A DNA stretch of 20,676 nt from Fibrobacterota bacterium (lineage in GTDB: Bacteria; Fibrobacterota; Fibrobacteria; UBA11236), in assembly GCA_043753995.1 (NCBI GenBank), contig JAYUVP010000182.1:1-20676 (forward strand). Direction: 5' to 3'. Below are positions 1-7,700 of the stretch, piece after piece (within the stretch, counting starts at the first letter, position 1; every line of letters begins with the position of its first letter). The translations under genes and the position numbers were made by a program. The notes beneath the pieces are model-generated. The model was not told the origin of the DNA. It searched no databases and saw nothing but the letters and a program-made list of their open reading frames with translations.

Positions 1-186
1 GATGATTGGAGAGTCGAAAAGGACTTCACCATCGTGTCCGAATTTTTGGAGCAAGACGATTACAAAAAGGTTGCAGAGAGACTGAACCGGGACCGATCCC
101 TGATGTGGAAACGAGGGCGCCACTTGAAGATGGAGCAATACAAGGCAATCAAGAGTGTCATCGAATATATGGCGGAAGACACATGA
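1..186 (+). CDS. SatD-family protein, C-terminal HTH-like part (5'-truncated by window edge)
   Basis: Frame 1 is open from base 1 to TGA 184-186: DDWRVEKDFTIVSEFLEQDDYKKVAERLNRDRSLMWKRGRHLKMEQYKAIKSVIEYMAEDT. The YKKVAERLNRDRSLMWKR stretch resembles the SatD C-terminal HTH (from recall). Its stop overlaps the next start (ATGA), and SatD genes are typically followed by DUF3307-like genes. Not in the ORF track. Confidence 0.65.
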   Translation, partial: DDWRVEKDFTIVSEFLEQDDYKKVAERLNRDRSLMWKRGRHLKMEQYKAIKSVIEYMAEDT

Positions 187-557
187 GCCAGTACATTTTG
201 TTTGGAATCGTTTTTGTTTTCTCTGAAATCGCGCTGGCTTTTTTATTTCAGATCGCTTCGGAGTATTTTTATAAAAAACTGGGCTTGGATGTGAAGTCCA
301 TTTTCAAGGGCATCGTCGAAAGACTGTTTCTTATCATAGCCCTCTCAAACAATCATTCCCAAGCGCTCACCTTTTTTAGCGCAGTCAAATTGGCGACCCG
401 GCTTAAACACGAGGAATCCCATGGGGAGCACAATAGGTTCAACGACTATTACTTGGTCGGAAATCTGATTTCTGTGGCGGTTGGAATAGGCTATGCCTCC
501 CTTTGGCAAAACCGGGATGCCATAATGCAATGGTTGCGTACGTTTGTAGGAAACTGA
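183..557 (+). CDS. Small membrane protein, similar to the C-terminal half of DUF3307 (124 aa)
   Basis: ATG 183 overlaps the upstream TGA. About 3-4 hydrophobic segments. Motifs GIVERLFL...AVKLATRL...DYYLVGNLIS match the DUF3307-type pattern G.LER...AKS..R...EY.L.GTL.S. Confidence 0.65.
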   Translation: MSQYILFGIVFVFSEIALAFLFQIASEYFYKKLGLDVKSIFKGIVERLFLIIALSNNHSQALTFFSAVKLATRLKHEESHGEHNRFNDYYLVGNLISVAVGIGYASLWQNRDAIMQWLRTFVGN

Positions 558-568
558 ACCGGTATTCC

Positions 569-1540
569 ATGCCCCCCCCGACCGCCTTCCTCTTCAACGG
601 CGATGCCGACGGCATCATCGCCCAGCATTTGCTTTATCTCTCGGGAATTCGCCCCGGCTTGCGCATCACCGGAATGAAACGCGATCTCGCCTTACTGCGC
701 CGCTTGCCTGAGTCTTTTCACGGGGAGGTCCACGTCTTGGATATTGGCTTCAAGGCCAATGCCAAGGATGCCGAAGCTTTTTTGGCTCGCCGCGCCGGAA
801 ACCTCACTTGGTATGATCATCATGAAAGCGGCCCCCTGATTGTAGCGCCAGAATTCAAGGCCCATATCCATCCCACTCGCGGACAATGCACCGGCCTCAT
901 CGTGAATGCCGTCCTCGGCCATCGCTATGATTTGTGGGCGGCTACCGCCGCTTTCGGCGACAATCAAGTGGCTTCGGCACAAGCCATTTTGGCGCGCCAT
1001 GCGCTCAGCGAAGCCGACACCTCGGCCTTGCGCCAAATGGGGGAAGCACTCAATTACAATGCCTATGGCGAAGTCGGCGATGCCTTGCACACGCCTTTGA
1101 GCGTGGCGCAAAAGCTGGAAGCTTACGACCATCCCCTGATTTGCTTTCGCGAGAGCGGCCTATTCGAAGGCTTGGCCGGGCAACTTGCCCAGGACGAAGC
1201 GCAGGCTTCGGCGCTAATGCCCTGGCGCCTGCAGGGGAATGCCCAGGTTTACCTTGTTCCCGATGCGCCTTGGGCGAGGCGCTATGGGGCCACCTGGATG
1301 AATCGCCTGGTGCAAAAACATTCCGACCAGGCCTTCGCCATTTTCCAGGAGCGCTCGGACGGAACCTATCTGGCTTCTTTGCGGGCACCCCAGTCCGGGC
1401 CTTATGCGACTTGGAGTGCAGCGAGCTTTGCCGAGAAATACCCCAGTGGCGGTGGACGAGTACAGGCTGCTGGCATCAATGCCTTACCCGCCCAATCTTT
1501 GAATGATTGCGCCGAGGCCTTTCTTCGAAGCTTTGCTTAG
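569..1540 (+). CDS. DHH-family phosphoesterase with DHHA1-like C-terminus (323 aa)
   Basis: Motifs FNGDADG, VLDIG, WYDHH and C-terminal SLRAP...GGGRVQAAG. Start taken at ATG 569, 11 nt after the upstream stop. Confidence 0.85.
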   Translation: MPPPTAFLFNGDADGIIAQHLLYLSGIRPGLRITGMKRDLALLRRLPESFHGEVHVLDIGFKANAKDAEAFLARRAGNLTWYDHHESGPLIVAPEFKAHIHPTRGQCTGLIVNAVLGHRYDLWAATAAFGDNQVASAQAILARHALSEADTSALRQMGEALNYNAYGEVGDALHTPLSVAQKLEAYDHPLICFRESGLFEGLAGQLAQDEAQASALMPWRLQGNAQVYLVPDAPWARRYGATWMNRLVQKHSDQAFAIFQERSDGTYLASLRAPQSGPYATWSAASFAEKYPSGGGRVQAAGINALPAQSLNDCAEAFLRSFA

Positions 1541-1553
1541 AGCACCGGAGACC

Positions 1554-1814
1554 TTAGCTCTCGGAATCGAAAAGGCCGGTCAATTTGTCGGAGACCGCAT
1601 CGCGCACCGATTCCGTGTCGTAATAGCCCCTTTTCAGCTTTTCTCGAATTTGATCCAGGCGCTCGCCCTTAGCGGCCTTGGAAAGCGAAACCGTGTCCTT
1701 AGGCGAAGCGGTCACAGGCGCATCCTTGTCCTTGCTGGGCAAGGGCTTTTTCGCCGCTGAGTAGCGGTCGAAAGGGTTCAACCCACCTAAGGATCCGACA
1801 ATGCCTGCGTCCAT
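1554..1814 (-). CDS. flgM: Anti-sigma28 factor, FlgM family (86 aa)
   Basis: Low-complexity N-terminus, then DTVSLS and ERLDQIREKLKRGYYD...VSDKL, the FlgM pattern D.V.LS / V..I+..I..G.Y / IA.K+. AGGA RBS and a sigma28-type promoter lie upstream. Confidence 0.8.
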   Translation of the reverse strand: MDAGIVGSLGGLNPFDRYSAAKKPLPSKDKDAPVTASPKDTVSLSKAAKGERLDQIREKLKRGYYDTESVRDAVSDKLTGLFDSES

Positions 1815-1849
1815 ATTTCCTGGCCTGAATACGATGAGGCCTATTCAGT

Positions 1850-1877
1850 ATATCGGAAGCAATGTGAAGGGACTTGA
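1850..1877 (-). promoter_or_regulatory. Sigma28 (FliA/SigD)-type promoter of flgM
   Basis: Minus strand reads TCAAG (1877-1873), 15 nt, TCCGATAT (1857-1850), against consensus TAAA/TCAAG-N15-GCCGATAA/T. Lies 36 nt upstream of the flgM start. Confidence 0.8.
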
Positions 1878-1944
1878 GAGGTTTTTCCTAAATTTTCACC
1901 GCTTTGCGCGGTAAATGTGTTTTTCGCCGCTTTCAGAGGTTTTC

Positions 1945-3270
1945 ATGGAAACGATTGCGTGCAAATTCGGCGGTTCGAGCGTCGCCGATCATCGACAATT
2001 CCTCAAGATTCGCGATATTCTCGCACGTGATGCGCGCCGCCGCGTCATTGTCGTTTCGGCTCCGGGCAAGCGGCATAGCCAAGAGGCCAAGCTCACCGAT
2101 TTGCTTTATCTCTGCCATGATTTATCGCAAAAAGGCCTGGATGCCAGCGGCCCCTTTGGCTTGATTCGGGAACGCTATCTGGAAATTGAGAGGGAATTAG
2201 GCCTGGGCGACACCATGGCCCCCGCCCTGGAGCAATTGGCTAAAGACTTGGCCAAGGAAGCCACGCGTGACTTCGTGGCTTCGCGCGGCGAATGGCTTTG
2301 CGCCATTTTGATGGCCCGCTTTCTCGACGCCGACTTCGTCGATGCCGCCGACACCGTATTTTTCGATAAAGCCGGTCGCCTCGACAGCAAGACCTATGAA
2401 GTCTTGGGCGAGCGCATGGCCAATCCGGAAAAGCGCTATGTGATTCCTGGATTTTATGGCAGCGATAGCCAGGGACGTATCAAGACTTTTTCGCGCGGGG
2501 GTTCGGACATTTCCGGCGCCATCGCTGCCCGTGCCGCCAAGGCCATCCTATATGAGAACTGGACCGATGTTTCAGGCTTGCTCATGGCCGATCCGCGCAT
2601 TGTGGAAAACCCCCACTCGCTTGACCTCGTGAGCTATCGCGAAATTCGCGAGCTCTCCTATATGGGCGCCAGCGTATTTCATGATGAAGCCATTGCCCCG
2701 GTGCGCGAAGCGGGCATACCCATCAATATCCGCAATACCAATAAGCCCGAAGACGAAGGCACGCGCATCGTCGCGAAGCTGCCGGAAATCACGGTTTATG
2801 ACATCGCGGGCATAGCCGGCAAAAAGAATTTTTCCATGTTCTGCGTGGAAAAATCTTTGATGAATAAGGAAGTGGGCTTTGCCCGCCGCCTGCTCAGCGT
2901 TTTCGAATCTTATGGCGTCTCCATCGAGCATTGCCCCAGCTCCATCGATAGCATGAGCGTGGTTTGCTCCAGCGAAGCCTTGGGCGAAAAGGGCGAGGCC
3001 ATACGCGAAGACATTCAGCGCATCATGCAGCCTGACAGCCTCGAAGTGGAGCATTCCATAGCCCTTATCGCTGTGGTCGGCGAAGGCATGGCCAGGCAAG
3101 TGGGTATGGCCGCCAAGGTTTTCAAGGCTTTGGCTGAGGCGGGAGCCAATGTGCGCATCATCGATCAAGGTGCCAGCGAATACAACATCATCATCGGCGT
3201 TGCCAATGCCGATTATGAAAAGGCCATTCGCGCCCTATACGCAGAAATGACTCGCCCCCTGGCGAAATAA
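1945..3270 (+). CDS. lysC: Aspartate kinase, monofunctional, two ACT domains (441 aa)
   Basis: KFGGSSVAD, VVSAPGK, SRGE, TFSRGGSDISG, YENWTDVSG, ADPRIV, ELSYMGASVFH, then two ACT domains. GAGGT RBS before ATG 1945. Confidence 0.95.
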   Translation: METIACKFGGSSVADHRQFLKIRDILARDARRRVIVVSAPGKRHSQEAKLTDLLYLCHDLSQKGLDASGPFGLIRERYLEIERELGLGDTMAPALEQLAKDLAKEATRDFVASRGEWLCAILMARFLDADFVDAADTVFFDKAGRLDSKTYEVLGERMANPEKRYVIPGFYGSDSQGRIKTFSRGGSDISGAIAARAAKAILYENWTDVSGLLMADPRIVENPHSLDLVSYREIRELSYMGASVFHDEAIAPVREAGIPINIRNTNKPEDEGTRIVAKLPEITVYDIAGIAGKKNFSMFCVEKSLMNKEVGFARRLLSVFESYGVSIEHCPSSIDSMSVVCSSEALGEKGEAIREDIQRIMQPDSLEVEHSIALIAVVGEGMARQVGMAAKVFKALAEAGANVRIIDQGASEYNIIIGVANADYEKAIRALYAEMTRPLAK

Positions 3271-3363
3271 TCTTCGGATCCATGCTCTGAAGGCGGGTTA
3301 CCGCCCCTTCGCGACCGGCGTCCAATTCCATCATGCCGGGAACGCCAATATTGGGATTTCAGG

Positions 3364-3397
3364 AATCTCCCCCCTTCGGGGGAGGATTTACCCTTTC
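3364..3397 (+). terminator. Possible intrinsic terminator or stable hairpin after lysC
   Basis: AATCTCCCCCC-TTCG-GGGGAGGATT is an imperfect stem with a C(UUCG)G tetraloop, followed by TACCCTTTC (weak U-tract). A second hairpin GGCGG-GTTA-CCGCC lies at 3292-3305. Confidence 0.4.
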
Positions 3398-3599
3398 GCA
3401 ACATGATAGTATGGGTTGGGATAACCTAGTGATACCCGATCTCCCAAATAACTCCATCCCTGACCCTGAAGGGGAGAGTTCTGTACCGAGGTCGGAGGAA
3501 AGTGGGATCTACCTTGCAAAACAGCCTGCGCGCGATTTAGGACCCAAGTATCCTGGCCCGAAATCTTTGCCAAAGGCTGACCCAGGGGGAAAGGCGGAC

Positions 3600-4646
3600 A
3601 TGTCGAGCACCGAACCGACATACGCCCTCAAGGCGCAGCAATTGAATAATTGCCCTTTCTATTCCAAGGGTGATTCGCTGCAAGTGCGCATGCCCGGCGT
3701 CTTCGGCGGCGGTGCGCAATTCTGTTCCCTGCCAGTAGCCACCTTTATTCCCACGGCTCTCAACGGCACAAAAAGCGAAGGCAGCATAGAAGCGGGCTTC
3801 AAGGATTGCTCCTGCAAGTGGAGCTTCTGCAAGGTCGAGAAATTGCAACATGCCCTGGTCGAAATGGAAGACGCCCTAACGGCCGAAGACCAAATGCAAT
3901 TGTCTTTTCTGGAGCAATTGCCATTACCCGTGGTACGCGCTTTGAAAGAACGCAGCGCCCCGCGTACCTATTTGGCTGGGGCCGTTATTCTTGAAGGCAA
4001 TGCTCCCGCATCGGAATTTCACCTGTTGGTCAAAGGCTCGGCCCGCATTGCCACCCCAGCCACCGACGGACGCGTGATCGAACTCAATGTCTTGCGTCGC
4101 GGCGATTGCTTCGGCGAAATGAGCATATTGACCGGCGCCGCCACCAGTAATCGCGTCGAAGCCGTCGACACTTGTTTGACTCTGGTCATGCCGCGAGCCG
4201 CCTTGCAAAAACTGGTCGTCGATTTCCCCGTGCTCAGCATTGTGCTTTATCGCATGCTCAGCAAGCGCATACGCACCAGCAATCAGCGCCTCATTCAATT
4301 GCTATCGCCCACCTTGCTCGGCGATTTAGCCCATTTGAATTTCGTTGATTTAGCGCAAACCATTCATACCTCGCGACTTTCCGGGGTTTTGCAAGTCGAA
4401 GACAAAGACAAACGTCAGGCTCGCTTTGGCTTTCAAGAGGGCCATATGGTCTATGCCGAATCGGCCGGGGTCAGCGGTGTCGAGGCCCTGGATGACGTAG
4501 TGCGGTGGCGCTCAGGAAGCTTTCGGTTTGTTTCCGGCGAAGTGATACCCCCCAGTAATTTGGAAGGCGACACCATGGGCTTGCTCCTAGACGCCTTGCG
4601 CCGTCTTGACGAAAGCTCTATTCTCGATCGCTTCGATTCGGCTTAG
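3600..4646 (+). CDS. Cyclic nucleotide-binding domain + DUF4388 protein with Cys-rich N-terminus (start uncertain: 3600 or 3411)
   Basis: cNMP fold (YLAGAVILEG..FHLLVKGSA..GDCFGEMSIL). C-terminal DUF4388 pattern (LLGDLAHLNFVDLAQTIHTSRLSGVL..G.EAL..W.SG.F.F..LLLDALRRLDE). N-terminal CPFYSKGD..C..CSC..C. Confidence 0.85.
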   Translation: MSSTEPTYALKAQQLNNCPFYSKGDSLQVRMPGVFGGGAQFCSLPVATFIPTALNGTKSEGSIEAGFKDCSCKWSFCKVEKLQHALVEMEDALTAEDQMQLSFLEQLPLPVVRALKERSAPRTYLAGAVILEGNAPASEFHLLVKGSARIATPATDGRVIELNVLRRGDCFGEMSILTGAATSNRVEAVDTCLTLVMPRAALQKLVVDFPVLSIVLYRMLSKRIRTSNQRLIQLLSPTLLGDLAHLNFVDLAQTIHTSRLSGVLQVEDKDKRQARFGFQEGHMVYAESAGVSGVEALDDVVRWRSGSFRFVSGEVIPPSNLEGDTMGLLLDALRRLDESSILDRFDSA

Positions 4647-4708
4647 GCCTGCGCCTCTTATAGATATTCGCGTTGCGCAGTCGCGGGGTTTGTTCTTTTT
4701 ACCCCCGC

Positions 4709-7700
4709 ATGAATTCTCCCTGGTCCTTCACCTATCCCGATTTACCGGTGGCGCAAAAGCGCGACCTCGTCATCGAGGCCGTCACCAAACATCGCGTCGT
4801 CATTGTCGAAGGTGGCACGGGTTCGGGCAAAAGCACGCAATTGCCCAAAATCCTGGTGGAAATGGGTGTGCTCAATAAGGGCTTGCTCGGCGTAACCCAG
4901 CCGCGGCGCTTGGCGGCCCTGGCTCTCACCGACCGGCTCCGGGAAGAAACCGGACTGGACGATCTCACCGGTTCGCAAATCCGCTTTCACGAAGACATGC
5001 CCAAAGGCGCCCGCATCAAGGTGATGACAGACGGCGTGCTTTTGCAGGAATATCGACGCGATCCCCTGCTTCGCCGTTATGACGCGGTCATACTCGACGA
5101 AGCCCATGAACGCTCGCTCAATATCGACATACTCCTGGGCGTGGGTTTGGAAATTTGTCGGCAACGGGCCGACTTCAAATGGATAGTCGCCTCGGCCACC
5201 CTCGATGCCGAAAGGTTTCAAAATTATTTCGCTTCGGTTCCGGGTGGGGCGGCCTTGCTCCGCGTCGAAGGACGGCAATTCCCGGTCACCATCGAATACC
5301 TCGATCCGGGCGAAGGCTGGCGCGATCCCGAGGAAGACGAAGATCATGCTGACCATGCCGCCGCGGGTTTGACCCCGCTCGAAGCGGCGGGCACCGTGAT
5401 TCGCGACCTGATAATGTCGCGCCCCGACGACTTGCTTTGCTTCTTGCCCAGCGAAAAAGAAATCAATGAGCTCAGCCGCGAATTGGAAAAAAGCCTGGGA
5501 AATCGCTGCGTGATCTTGCCGCTTTATGGCCGACTCTCCCCTGCCGAGCAGCGCCGCGTGTATCAAAGTCACGCTAAGCCCAAGGTGGTTTTGGCCACCA
5601 ATATCGCCGAGACCTCGCTCACCATACCCGGCATCGCCTATGTCGTCGACACCGGTACAGCGCGCATTGCGCGCTATCATGCCCAGACTCGCATACAGGG
5701 TTTGCCCATTGAAAAAATCGCCCAGGCCTCGGCGGCCCAGCGCGCCGGACGTGCCGGACGCGTCAAGCCCGGTTTGTGCATAAGGCTTTATCGCGAAGAC
5801 GATTTCAAGACTCGCCCCGAATGGCCCGAGCCCGAAATCTTGCGGGGCAATCTCACCAATGTGGTGCTTCAGCTTTTATCGCTGAAATTACCCGTGCTTG
5901 ATTTTCCCTTTCTCGACCCGCCTGCGCCCGCCGCCTTGAAAGGCGCTTATCGCCGCTTGCAAGAACTCGGTGCCGTGGCCGGCGAAGGCGAAGCCATGGA
6001 GCTCACCGAAGAAGGCTGGCGCATGAGTCGCTTGCCTGTCGACGCGGCCTTGGCGAAAATCCTGCTGTCCGCCGAGGCCATGGGCACCTTGCCCTCAGCC
6101 ATGGTGGTGGCCGCAGGCCTCACCGTGCAAGATCCACGCTTCTTGCCCATGGACGAACCCGAGCGGGGCAAGGCCGTGGGCCTGCATCGCCGCTTCGACG
6201 ACGCTCGCTCCGACTTTATCGCGCTCTTGAAACTGTGGACATGGGTACAGCGCGAATGGCGCGACGGCATTTCCCAGCGCCGCTTGCGGCGGCTATGCCA
6301 GGACAATTTCCTTTCCTACTTGCGCCTGCGCGAGTGGATGGACTTGGTGGAGCAATTCTCACGTTTGCTTCCGGGCAAAAGCGATCCCGCCCAACTCGAT
6401 TTGACCAAGCTCGATCAAGATGCCTTGCATAAGGCCATTCTTTCGGGCTTCTTGGCCCATATGGCGCGACGCCGCGCCAATGAGCCGTCTTATCGATTGG
6501 TTGGCGACAAGGAAGCCTTTTTGCATCCAGGCTCGGGGCTAAGCAAGCGCAAGCCCGAATGGATAGTCGCCGGAGAAGTGCGACAAACCTCACGTGCCTT
6601 CATTCAAAGGGCTTGCGAAATACAACCCGGCTGGGTCGAAGAAATCGCTCCCGACGCCGTGAAGCGCAGTTATACCGAGGTCGCTTGGAATCCCGAGCGT
6701 GGCTTTGTCGAAGCCACCGAGCGCGTATCTTATCGCAGCTTCATCTTGCGGCAAGATCGCCGCGTCGACTATGCCCGCATCGAGCCCGAAGAATGCGCCG
6801 AAATCTTTTGGCGTGAAGGCGTCTTACGCGCCGCCGATGCCGGGCCCTTTCCCTTTTTGCAAGCCAATCAGGCGGTGCTGGCTTCCCTGGAGCGACACGA
6901 AAACCGCATTCGCCGCCGTGGCTTGGCTCCCGACGAAGACGCCTTGCTGGCTTTTTATCGTGAGCGAGCGCCCGGGGTGAACTCGCGCGTGACCTTGAAG
7001 CGCTTTCTTGAAGCCTCACCAGCGAATGAAAAAGCGCTGCAATTGCGCGCCGAAGATTTCGAAACCGAAGAATGGCGGCAACGCTGGCAGTCCCAAGCCC
7101 AAGCCGTCCTGCCCAAGCCCTTAGGAGCGCCACCGGCCATATCCCCTGCCGGGCACCGTAACCTGCCAGGGACGTCTCATCCGCTGGACGCCCTCTTTCC
7201 CGAAACCCTTCGCCTCGGCGAACACACCGCCCGAGTCTCCTGCCGTTTTGATTTCGGCCAGGAGATCGATGGGGTTTCCCTCGAAGCGCCGCTAGGCGCA
7301 GCTTCGGCCTGCACGGTCTACGCACTATGGCAAGCCTTGCCCGGCTGGCGTTTGTGGGTGCTCTCGTGGTGGGCAGAAAAACTGGCGGCCAAGGAAAGCA
7401 TCGCTTTGGAAAAAGGGGAAGGCGATTTATTGCGCGCCTGGCAATTTGCGGGAGAAGCCATGGCCGACCAAGCGGGCCTCTCGCCCATTTTGGCCTTGTC
7501 CCAAGCTTTGAAAGACCCCGCCTTCGCAGCCTTTCCCGCTCAGCCCGTTTGGCCGGTGGCCTGGCCACCGCATTTGAAATTGCGTTTGTATTTCACCGCC
7601 TCAAGCGGACGCCGCTTGCTCTTGACCCTCGATCCCGGCACTTGCGAAGCCGAGCGGCTTTTGCAATTGAGTGAAGCCTTGCATGGACGCGAAGCCTCGG

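Noticed and set aside
6..182. N-terminal 59 aa of track ORF 6..557
   Set aside because: Overlaps the frame-1 SatD-like coding region. ATG 183 with the ATGA overlap is the better start.
3392..3403. 12-mer CCTTTCGCAACA repeated at 13170-13181
   Set aside because: Several chance 12-mer repeats are expected in 20 kb, and the two copies are in opposite orientation relative to their downstream genes.
3510..3590. GCAAA-containing stretch considered as a c-di-GMP-I riboswitch
   Set aside because: Lacks the GGCAAAC...GAAA...GACGCAAAGC architecture.
4683..4708. GCGGGGT...ACCCCCGC hairpin just before the hrpA ATG
   Set aside because: Short and imperfect. It cannot be distinguished from chance without conservation data.
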